Part shown: positions 1-6,529 of the stretch, piece by piece
How positions within the stretch are numbered: the first letter of the stretch is position 1
How the letters are laid out: every line of letters starts with the position of its first letter
Source: Thermoplasmatota archaeon
GTDB taxonomy: Archaea > Thermoplasmatota > E2 > JACPAO01 > JAHFTW01
Reading direction: 5' to 3'
DNA length: 35,436 bases
Assembly: GCA_041581335.1 (NCBI GenBank)
Contig: JBFIDG010000002.1
Location: 1 to 35,436 of the forward strand
Position numbers and translations under genes: made by a program
Notes under the pieces: model-generated
Databases searched by the model: none
The model's input: the letters and a program-made list of their open reading frames with translations, nothing else
What the model was told of the DNA's origin: nothing

Positions 1-175
1 CCGTGGCCTCTTGACCTGTCCGCGTGGACTTCTCTTGCAGATCACTGCTGGTACTGATGAGTACACCAGCCGCGATCGCGGCGACCAGGACAGTGGCAAT
101 GAACACGATCATCGTGCCAATACCCACCTGGGCTTCTTCGTTGAGCGTCAAGCTCTTTTTGCGACGGGGGTCCAT
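1..175 (-). CDS. arlB: archaellin (archaeal flagellin), 5' part only; the gene runs off the left edge
   Basis: Not in the ORF track because there is no stop in the window. The reverse-strand ATG at 175 gives [58 protein letters not shown]. This is a short basic leader followed by the class III signal and hydrophobic N-terminal helix (QVGIGTxIVFIAxVLVAAxAAxVLI) typical of archaellins. Confidence 0.8.
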   Translation of the reverse strand, partial: MDPRRKKSLTLNEEAQVGIGTMIVFIATVLVAAIAAGVLISTSSDLQEKSTRTGQEAT

Positions 176-282
176 GGGGATCACCAATCGGGATGTCGAC
201 TGGACCACGCAATAACCTGCGGTTTTGGTCAAAAGGTCATGACGGGCGACCGGCCCATCATACCTGGTCCCAATCCGGCCCT

Positions 283-750
283 TCACCAATCCTGCAGCGC
301 CGAGATGATCCCGGCATCGCCCGACATCAGCAGATCTTCCATGTCTTTGCTGATAGCCACCGCCTCCGCATCGTCGGGCGAGCTGGTCGCCGCGGCACAG
401 AACGCATTGTATGCGTTCTCGATGAGCGTGATGAGCGGCCGATGCACGGGAACTTGGACCCCGGGGGCCACGGGGGCCCCACATTGCACTCTGGCCATAC
501 CGAGCCAAGCCAGACCCTCCTGGAAATGCGCCTCGCCATGGCGAGGGGCGCGGGCGACCGCATCTTGGGCGGCGCGCAGGGCGGGCACGTAGTCGCCGAT
601 GGCCATGTGCAACATCGCGCGGCGCAGCAACAGGTGCGGCGAAGCACCACGACGGCGTATCTCGACCTCCACAGCAGCCATCTGCTCGAAGCAACGGACG
701 TAATCGGTCTCGATGATGCGCGTCGGGTCGAGGGTATGGTCGGTGGACAT
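283..750 (-). CDS. hypothetical helical (TPR-like?) protein upstream of the archaellin gene
   Basis: 155-aa ORF with an ATG start and host-like codon bias, co-oriented with the archaellin gene. I recognise no family motif. The segments [44 protein letters not shown] look like helical repeats. Confidence 0.55.
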   Translation of the reverse strand: MSTDHTLDPTRIIETDYVRCFEQMAAVEVEIRRRGASPHLLLRRAMLHMAIGDYVPALRAAQDAVARAPRHGEAHFQEGLAWLGMARVQCGAPVAPGVQVPVHRPLITLIENAYNAFCAAATSSPDDAEAVAISKDMEDLLMSGDAGIISALQDW

Positions 751-854
751 GGGGACCTATGATGGAGGTCGTCGCTGACGCCCTATCAACCCGTCTTCAG
801 TGGTGAAGCGGACGTGGCATCGTGGGGCCTGATGGGCCGTGGGCCGCTGCGTCC

Positions 855-1043
855 CTAGGCTGCGCCTTCGCCGGGGCGCAAGTGCTTCTCAAAGTACGCC
901 TCTAGCGCATCGGACATGGTCTGGCTCAGAGATGTCCCCGTCAGCAGACGGTGGCGGTGCAGGCGCAGGTGCAACGACAGGGGGACGTGCACCTTGAACT
1001 CGCGCATCCGATCCAGATCCTCCTCGGTCGTTTCGCGAATCAT
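855..1043 (-). CDS. ribbon-helix-helix (CopG/Arc/MetJ-like) DNA-binding protein
   Basis: 62 aa. FKVHVPLSLHLRLHRHRLL (beta strand) followed by TSLSQTMSDALEAYFEK (helix) fits the RHH pattern. It is a paralogue of the ORF at 1243..1473. Confidence 0.65.
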   Translation of the reverse strand: MIRETTEEDLDRMREFKVHVPLSLHLRLHRHRLLTGTSLSQTMSDALEAYFEKHLRPGEGAA

Positions 1044-1242
1044 GAGTAATCGGATGCAACCTTCACTTGCACCCTATTAGAGGAACCGTCTCGGTCCTCG
1101 GCCACCAGACAACAGTTCTCCCCTGCTGGACGAACGGCAACGGGGACTCGGGACCAATTGGCCTCGCGGGACCGGGGTATAAGAAAATTTGGGGTTCTGG
1201 TGATATATCCTGAAACGACCGAGTAATGCTTGTGCTCCGGCG

Positions 1243-1473
1243 ATGTCGGAGAGGAAAGTGAACAAAATGTTGAACGCAGACGCCCTTATGGGGATCAAGA
1301 AGCCAGATATGAACGAAATGAAGGAGGTCAAGGTGAAGCTCCCGGTCCGCCAGCTGTTGAAGCTACACTACATGAAGCTCACAAGCAGCCGCACCTTCTC
1401 CGACGTCGTTTCCGAGGCGCTGACCGAATACTTCACCGAGATCGACCCTCGCCGTGAAGTCCCCAACGAATAG
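1243..1473 (+). CDS. ribbon-helix-helix protein, paralogue of 855..1043, divergently transcribed
   Basis: 76 aa; shorter in-frame starts are possible. VKVKLPVRQLLKLHYMKLTSSRTFSDVVSEALTEYFTE aligns position by position with the core of the 855..1043 protein. Confidence 0.6.
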   Translation: MSERKVNKMLNADALMGIKKPDMNEMKEVKVKLPVRQLLKLHYMKLTSSRTFSDVVSEALTEYFTEIDPRREVPNE

Positions 1474-1475
1474 GA

Positions 1476-1507
1476 CGGGTGAGACGCCCGCTTTTTCCCT
1501 CTTTTTA
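1476..1507 (+). terminator. putative archaeal oligo-T terminator after the RHH gene
   Basis: A weak CGGG/CCCG hairpin directly after the stop codon is followed by two T5 runs (1492-1496 and 1502-1506). Confidence 0.4.
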
Positions 1508-1729
1508 TTGATGCGCGGCGCCAGCCAGTCCCATGGGCGGCGCCGCAGCGTGCGGCAGGCCCGCAACCACCCTCGGACCGTGCCCCGCGCGGCCGGTCCG
1601 GATGGAGTGCCCTCGCCCGGCGCGCGATGGGCCCCCGCCGCCCAAGCTGCCGTCGCACGGGCAGGCCCTGTGCCACAGGCATCATTATGCGCGGCGCCGG
1701 ACTGGAGCACCACAGGCGACGTGGCAGCC

Positions 1730-2329
1730 ATGCTCGAATTCCATGAACTCCAGGAGACCCAGGCACCCCCCGCGCGCCTCGTGGAGCTTCTGCAGGCGTT
1801 CAAGGAGGTCCTGGCAGCCGACGGCATGGCCTCGATGGACGAGTACGGCGACATGTTGAAGTGGGCCCTGCCGGGCAAGGACGGCATCTGCCGCTACTTC
1901 CACGTCTTCCATCCCGACTACTGTTCCTTCAGTGACCAGTTCTTCGGAACCATCCATTACCACGGCGGCTGGATCCGCGGCACGGTGCTGCTTGGCCACA
2001 TGGAGCATTACACCTACGAGGCCCGCAAGGCCCCGGATGGCGACCGCTTCCTGGCCGGCGAGGCATACCACCTCACGAAGCACACGCGCCAACAAGGCGC
2101 CGGCACCGCATACGCACTGCCCGCCATGGTACCGCACTGGCTCAAGCCGACGGAGCTGACGCTGACCTACTTCGAAGAAGAGGACAACGAGCGTATGGGC
2201 GACCTGGTGAACCCAGCGTCGACGACGACCGACGAACACGTCTGGGAACAGGAGCACGCGGATGCGTTGCTGCCGACATTGTTGGCGATGATCGATGAGC
2301 GCATCGCGGCATTGACCATCGTGGCGTAG
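1730..2329 (+). CDS. hypothetical protein
   Basis: This is the 3' two thirds of track ORF 1454..2329. The first 92 codons are R/P/A-rich junk. A plausible protein starts at ATG 1730 (MLEFHELQETQAPPARLVELLQAFKEVL...). No recognised family. Confidence 0.55.
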   Translation: MLEFHELQETQAPPARLVELLQAFKEVLAADGMASMDEYGDMLKWALPGKDGICRYFHVFHPDYCSFSDQFFGTIHYHGGWIRGTVLLGHMEHYTYEARKAPDGDRFLAGEAYHLTKHTRQQGAGTAYALPAMVPHWLKPTELTLTYFEEEDNERMGDLVNPASTTTDEHVWEQEHADALLPTLLAMIDERIAALTIVA

Positions 2330-2453
2330 GCCGCTGCGAGCACCGGCGAAACAACCGTCGACGCCACGCATTTGTGACTCAACGACGGCGGGCAAAAATC
2401 CCGCCAGGACCCAGCAAAGATTGATCCGCCGGCCACTTGCGACAGGAGCGAAC

Positions 2454-2477
2454 AGGAGGGGCACCCACCGGGAGTTG
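2454..2477 (-). repeat. degenerate copy (21/24) of the tRNA-Glu 3' end plus 6 nt of flank
   Basis: Plus strand AGGAGGGGCACCCACCGGGAGTTG (2454-2477) versus AGGAGGTGCTCCCACCGGGATTTG (2567-2590). Same orientation, 113 nt apart. Confidence 0.7.
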
Positions 2478-2572
2478 GGCGACGAGAGGGAGCGAAGCGA
2501 CGCTCCGTCGCCAGCGAGCCACGCGAGCGGACAGCCCGGTGAGGGTACCGCGCGAACGAAGAGAAAAGGAGG

Positions 2573-2645
2573 TGCTCCCACCGGGATTTGAACCCGAGTC
2601 GAAGCCTTGAAAGGGCTTCATGATTGGCCACTACACCATGGGAGC
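2573..2645 (-). tRNA. tRNA-Glu (anticodon UUC)
   Basis: The reverse complement GCTCCCATGGTGTAGTGGCCAATCATGAAGCCCTTTCAAGGCTTCGACTCGGGTTCAAATCCCGGTGGGAGCA folds as a cloverleaf. Acceptor is GCTCCCA/TGGGAGC, the anticodon loop is CTTTCAA and the T loop is TTCAAAT. No encoded CCA. Confidence 0.9.
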
Positions 2646-2701
2646 GGATGGGCCCCACCGGGGCGGGACAGGCGGCCCACAAAGGGACCCGTCATAACCG
2701 T

Positions 2702-3079
2702 TTAGGATGGAATCGGCTGGTTCACGGGGGCTTCGCAGGCCCTGCAGACGGCCCTCGGTTTGTAGTTGAAGGCGCCGCAGCCGCTGCATGATTCGCCGAT
2801 CGGACAGCGGCCTTCGTAGTCTTCTGGCACCGCGCGGCGGAAGATGAACCAGCGACTCACGGGGATGATGAGCATCAGGCCGCCGATCATGCCCAGGAAC
2901 ATGCCAAGGCCGATGCGCGGGCCGGCCACCATGCCGTCGGTCCCCGGGCCGCTGGCGAGCATGTAGACGCCGCCGATGGCGAGGGCGAGGCCCCATGCGA
3001 TCGTGCGCAGGTTCACAGGTGGGCCCAGCCGAAGGCCTTCTTGCGTGTTGTGGCGCCAGCCGTGCACATATCTGCGCAT
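2702..3079 (-). CDS. small membrane protein with a C-terminal zinc ribbon
   Basis: 125 aa. Two hydrophobic spans (IAWGLALAIGGVYMLA and IGLGMFLGMIGGLMLIIPV) are followed by CPIGESCSGC...CRAC. Confidence 0.6.
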   Translation of the reverse strand: MRRYVHGWRHNTQEGLRLGPPVNLRTIAWGLALAIGGVYMLASGPGTDGMVAGPRIGLGMFLGMIGGLMLIIPVSRWFIFRRAVPEDYEGRCPIGESCSGCGAFNYKPRAVCRACEAPVNQPIPS

Positions 3080-3172
3080 TCAAACGACCTGACCAATAGG
3101 CTTAAAAACAAATGACCGAGGGTTTTGGCGGTTTTGTGACGGCCAGCCGGCCAAAGCAAGCGAACGGCGGCC

Positions 3173-3188
3173 GCCCCTACGGGCCGCC
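3173..3188 (+). repeat. 16-mer GCCCCTACGGGCCGCC, copy 1
   Basis: Exact copy of 3250-3265. Both copies are followed by NNCGAACA. Copy 1 lies inside a GGCGGCC/GGCCGCC hairpin. Confidence 0.8.
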
Positions 3189-3249
3189 GCCGAACATCGC
3201 CCCGCGCCAACGCAGACCGAAGCATCGCTCGCTCCGCTCACGCGCCGAC

Positions 3250-3265
3250 GCCCCTACGGGCCGCC
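3250..3265 (+). repeat. 16-mer GCCCCTACGGGCCGCC, copy 2
   Basis: Exact copy of 3173-3188, 77 nt downstream, in the tRNA-Met leader. Confidence 0.8.
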
Positions 3266-3274
3266 TTCGAACAA

Positions 3275-3288
3275 CGGGCTCATAACCC
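3275..3288 (+). repeat. 14-nt exact copy of the tRNA-Met anticodon arm
   Basis: CGGGCTCATAACCC also occurs at 3340-3353 inside the tRNA. The upstream copy ends 22 nt before the tRNA start. Confidence 0.8.
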
Positions 3289-3310
3289 ATCAGCCCTCGC
3301 CACTGCCCAC

Positions 3311-3385
3311 GGGACCCTAGCTTAGTCCGGTCAGAGCAGCGGGCTCATAACCCGCCGGTCAGCGGTTCGAATCCGCTGGGTCCCA
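3311..3385 (+). tRNA. tRNA with CAU anticodon: elongator tRNA-Met, or tRNA-Ile2 if C34 is modified
   Basis: GGGACCCTAGCTTAGTCCGGTCAGAGCAGCGGGCTCATAACCCGCCGGTCAGCGGTTCGAATCCGCTGGGTCCCA is a perfect 75-nt cloverleaf. G1-C72 argues against the archaeal initiator, which has A1-U72. Confidence 0.9.
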
Positions 3386-3396
3386 CTCACCACATC

Positions 3397-3966
3397 GTGC
3401 GCATCGACAGAACGGCACCCGCATCTCCGCGCGGCGCTCCTGTTTCACTAGCAAGACCTCTTCCATGCGGGGCCCAGTCCCGCCCCGTGAAGGTCACGGT
3501 GAAGGCCGTCCTCCCGTACCCGCCCGACGCCGTCTTCGACTTCGTGGCCGACATGCGCAACGATGTGCTATGGATCCCCTTGGTCCATGACGTGGTCCAA
3601 GTGGACGGCGATCGCCCAGGCACCGGCGCGACCTACCGGTTCACCCAGCACATGGGCCGGCACGAACTGGAGATGACATCCACGGTGACGCGCTATGAGC
3701 GGCCGCGGCTCCTGGCATGGACGACCGACCATGAGGCCGTGGAGCACGCGGCAACGATGACGTTCTTGCCCCACTCACGCGGGACGAAACTCGTGCAGAC
3801 GACCCGGGAACGATGGCGCTTCGCCCCCCTTTGGTTGCGGCTTCTTGGGCCCAGGATCATCAGGAAACAGTTGCGCCGTCAGTTCGCCCTGTTGGGCGAG
3901 GCGCTGGCAAAGGAAAGAAGGGAAGAGGAGAACGCGTCGAATCACTTGGATTCGAATTCGGCGTAG
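3397..3966 (+). CDS. SRPBCC (START / polyketide cyclase-dehydrase-like) superfamily protein
   Basis: [33 protein letters not shown]...GATYRF...[19 protein letters not shown]...MTFLP..GTKLV matches the usual SRPBCC pattern. The GTG at 3397 is the outermost start and the true start may be further inside. Confidence 0.65.
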   Translation: MRIDRTAPASPRGAPVSLARPLPCGAQSRPVKVTVKAVLPYPPDAVFDFVADMRNDVLWIPLVHDVVQVDGDRPGTGATYRFTQHMGRHELEMTSTVTRYERPRLLAWTTDHEAVEHAATMTFLPHSRGTKLVQTTRERWRFAPLWLRLLGPRIIRKQLRRQFALLGEALAKERREEENASNHLDSNSA

Positions 3967-4094
3967 CCGCACTTGCCGCACGATTGGCGGTCGTCGTGCT
4001 TGGCCATGAACGCGCCGGGGCCGCACTTGGGGCAGGCCTTGCGGAGGCGTTCGAGCTTGTCGCCATCGACCTTGTAGAGAGCGTGGATCCCCAT
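3942..4094 (-). CDS. rps27ae: 30S ribosomal protein S27ae (eS31)
   Basis: Below the ORF-track size cutoff. The hand translation is [50 protein letters not shown], with a CxxC...CxxC zinc ribbon. It starts 2 nt after the rps24e stop, which is the conserved archaeal gene order. Confidence 0.85.
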   Translation of the reverse strand: MGIHALYKVDGDKLERLRKACPKCGPGAFMAKHDDRQSCGKCGYAEFESK

Positions 4095-4095
4095 G

Positions 4096-4401
4096 TTATT
4101 CGCTCTCCTTCTTCTTGTCCTGGAACAGGTTGTTGCGCTTCAGGAAGTGTTCGCGCTCCTGGGAGCGGGCGGCGTCGGCGCTGCTGTAGGCGCGGGCGCT
4201 GCCGCGGGTAGCGGCGCGGCCGGTGGCGCTTTCCATCATCGCGATGACGACGTTGTCGGTCTTGACGCCGATCTGGGCGGCGACGAGTTGGCGGACCTGA
4301 ACGCGGTTGGGCGTCGACTCGCCATCGTGCTTGATGACGAAGGAGACGTCCTTCCGGCTGAACAGGGCATTGTCCAGTTGCTTGGTGATTTCGATGTCCA
4401 T
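4096..4401 (-). CDS. rps24e: 30S ribosomal protein S24e (eS24)
   Basis: [46 protein letters not shown]...VVI matches the eS24 family pattern. Its position upstream of rps27ae agrees. Confidence 0.9.
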   Translation of the reverse strand: MDIEITKQLDNALFSRKDVSFVIKHDGESTPNRVQVRQLVAAQIGVKTDNVVIAMMESATGRAATRGSARAYSSADAARSQEREHFLKRNNLFQDKKKESE

Positions 4402-4594
4402 GTGTACACCTCAGCCAACCCCCGAGGGGGCGGGCGTCCCGGGTGGGACAGGGTCGCCGAGCCGATGATGCATATAAGTGCCATGGGGACCGCCGAATCA
4501 TCGACCAAACTTCATGGTGCGACACCCGATGACCATGGGGATGCCCAGATTCTGGCACGCAGGGATCGCGGCGCCGGCGCTGGTCGACCGACCG

Positions 4595-4957
4595 ATGCGC
4601 ATCGGCGTCCTCGAGGACAGTCCGACCACGCACACCCTCCTGCGGGCGTGGCTAGAGGAACGCGGGGGCTTCATCGTCACCGACCAGACCCACAGCATCC
4701 AGGAAGCGGTGCGATGGATGGACTCCGAGGACCTGGACGCAGTCCTGGTGGACTGGCACCTGCCCCACGGGGACGGCTGGGCCCTGGCGCAAGCGCTCAA
4801 AGATGCCCGGCCCGGCGTGCAGGTCTTCATTTACACCAGTGAGAAGGAGCCCACGTTGCGACCGCACGGGGTGCATTGGTTGGACAAGGTGGCGTTGGCC
4901 CGGTGGCCGAGCCTCATCCATGAAGCGGTGGCCCAAGACGAGCCGAGCCAGGCATAG
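4595..4957 (+). CDS. single-domain response regulator (CheY-like receiver)
   Basis: MRIGVLEDSP...LDAVLVDWHLPHGDG...VQVFIYTS...WLDK carries the acidic pair, the phospho-acceptor Asp, and the Thr/Ser and Lys positions. The track ORF starts at GTG 4478. ATG 4514 and ATG 4595 are alternatives; 4595 fits the domain boundary best. Confidence 0.7.
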   Translation: MRIGVLEDSPTTHTLLRAWLEERGGFIVTDQTHSIQEAVRWMDSEDLDAVLVDWHLPHGDGWALAQALKDARPGVQVFIYTSEKEPTLRPHGVHWLDKVALARWPSLIHEAVAQDEPSQA

Positions 4958-4963
4958 TCAGGC

Positions 4964-5503
4964 TCAGGCCATGGCGGCGACCAGTGCAGCGATCTTGGCC
5001 TTCAGAGCGGCCGTGGCGGCGCAGACGACGACACCCCTACCAGGCATCCCATAGAGGACGATGGCGCCCTCCGGGGCTTCGATGAAGCAGGGAATACCGA
5101 GCAGGTCCTCTTCGCCGTCGACGACGATGCGCGTCGTGACCCCAGCGGGTTGGCCCAGGGCTTCGCGGACCGCATCCCAGGCTTCCCGCGTCACCATGGC
5201 GGCGGGGTTCTCGACCCGAATCTCGCGGTCGCCCCAGCCGCCGAGCCGCCGTCGCAGCTCTGGGTCCTCGCCGCCGCGCAGCGTCTTGTAGTCACATACG
5301 AAGAGCCGTGGCGTGATGCCCAGATCCTGGAGCGTCGTACTCACAATGTCGCCGACCGCTAGGACGATGTCCCCGGCGTCGAGCATCAGACCGAGCGTGG
5401 CCGTGTCGACGACCGGGCCCCATGGCTCGGAGAGTGCCGGGCGCAGATGCTCCGGCAGGGTGTAGGCCGTCTGTGGCCGCAGGTCGGCGCCACGCGCCGT
5501 CAT
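4964..5503 (-). CDS. DUF359/UPF0218 family protein (archaeal GTP-dependent dephospho-CoA kinase family)
   Basis: IVLAVGDIVS and IVVDGEEDLLGIP are the signature blocks of this family. Its position between spt4 and rps24e is the conserved archaeal synteny. ATG 5503 avoids overlap with the upstream ORF; ATG 5533 is the alternative. Confidence 0.8.
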   Translation of the reverse strand: MTARGADLRPQTAYTLPEHLRPALSEPWGPVVDTATLGLMLDAGDIVLAVGDIVSTTLQDLGITPRLFVCDYKTLRGGEDPELRRRLGGWGDREIRVENPAAMVTREAWDAVREALGQPAGVTTRIVVDGEEDLLGIPCFIEAPEGAIVLYGMPGRGVVVCAATAALKAKIAALVAAMA

Positions 5504-5507
5504 GGAC

Positions 5508-5699
5508 TCAGACCGGGACCCACGACTCGCCATCGAGGCGGTAGTGGCGGCGGACGACGTTCCAGGCGGCTTTCTCAGCGTGGGATTCGCTGGAGCGCCA
5601 TCCGAAGTCCTTGTTGTATTCCTCGACCCACATGCGCTGAGCGTCGTCGGGCAGGGCCTTGACGGGCTTAGGCAGCTTGTCTTCGAGGCTGAGCGTCAT
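5508..5699 (-). CDS. ChaB-like small protein
   Basis: 63 aa. LPKPVKALPDDAQRMWVEEYNKDF...SESHAEKAAWNVVRRHYRLDGESW resembles the ChaB domain pattern (LP..V...LP..AQ.i....fN......e..A.kvAWaaVK..Y...d..W). Confidence 0.55.
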   Translation of the reverse strand: MTLSLEDKLPKPVKALPDDAQRMWVEEYNKDFGWRSSESHAEKAAWNVVRRHYRLDGESWVPV

Positions 5700-5701
5700 G
5701 T

Positions 5702-5881
5702 TTACCGGACCTTGAGAGCGTACGAGCCAGGCTTGGTGATGTTCATCGCCTCTGCCATCTGGCTGTTCTCAGGGTGGACAACCGTGAGGATGCCGCTCCA
5801 GTTCTTGCTCATCGGGTCGCCGCAGTTAGGGCAGATGGCCTCTTCCGCGAGGAAGTGGCAGGTCTTGCAGGCACGCATCAT
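5702..5881 (-). CDS. spt4: transcription elongation factor Spt4 (RpoE'')
   Basis: Below the ORF-track cutoff. The hand translation is MMRACKTCHFLAEEAICPNCGDPMSKNWSGILTVVHPENSQMAEAMNITKPGSYALKVR. It has the CxxC...CxxC zinc ribbon followed by W.G...v..PE.S..A motif of archaeal Spt4, and lies directly downstream of rpoE'. Confidence 0.85.
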   Translation of the reverse strand: MMRACKTCHFLAEEAICPNCGDPMSKNWSGILTVVHPENSQMAEAMNITKPGSYALKVR

Positions 5882-5893
5882 GGGATGGGCCCC

Positions 5894-6466
5894 CTAAGCA
5901 GCGGCCTCGCCTTCGCGAGCCCGCATGCGGTCGTCTTCGATCCACTCGAACTTGCCGAGGCCGGGCTGACGCATGGTCAGTCCGATCTTGGATTCGCGCG
6001 GGGACAGTTCGTTCAGGCTGGCCGTGACGACACGGGCCCGGACGTTGTCGCCGACATCGACGAAGCGGCCGGATTCCTTGCCGACGAGGCGCTCGTTGTG
6101 CACGTCAGCGGTCATGAAGTCGTTCATGACCTGGCTCATGTGGACAAGCGCGTCAAGCGGGCCGATGTGGACGAAGGCACCGAATTCGACGACTTCGGCG
6201 ACAATGCCATCGACGACCTCTTGGCCGTCGGGCTTGAACGCGAGTGCGTCGAAGGTGACCTTCTGGTAGATGGCGCCGTCACCGTGGATGACGTTGCCCT
6301 GCCCATCAGGCTGGACGTTCGTGGTGAGCACGGTGATCCCGTGCCCTTTCGTAAGACGGCCCTCGAACGATTCCTGCACCAGTAGTGCGATGGTCTCGGT
6401 CAGGTCGTCGGTCATGCGTTCCGGCGGGATCCGCACGGTGTCGCTCATTTGGATGATACGGTACAT
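5894..6466 (-). CDS. rpoE: DNA-directed RNA polymerase subunit E' (Rpo7)
   Basis: MYRIIQMSDTVRIPPERM...FKPDGQEVVDGIVAEVVEFGAFVHIGPLDALVHMSQV...VGDNVRARVV. The N-terminal Rpb7-like fold plus an S1 domain is typical of RpoE'. Confidence 0.9.
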   Translation of the reverse strand: MYRIIQMSDTVRIPPERMTDDLTETIALLVQESFEGRLTKGHGITVLTTNVQPDGQGNVIHGDGAIYQKVTFDALAFKPDGQEVVDGIVAEVVEFGAFVHIGPLDALVHMSQVMNDFMTADVHNERLVGKESGRFVDVGDNVRARVVTASLNELSPRESKIGLTMRQPGLGKFEWIEDDRMRAREGEAAA

Positions 6467-6529
6467 CGCTTCCGCTCCCTCAGCAGTTCCGTGCCACAGG
6501 CGCCGCGTTAAAGGTGTTTGGGCTTGTCA

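Noticed and set aside
3942-3966. 25-nt convergent overlap between the SRPBCC gene 3' end and the rps27ae 3' end
   Set aside because: This is probably just tight packing of convergent genes in a compact genome, and both reading frames are independently supported. It is not treated as a regulatory feature.
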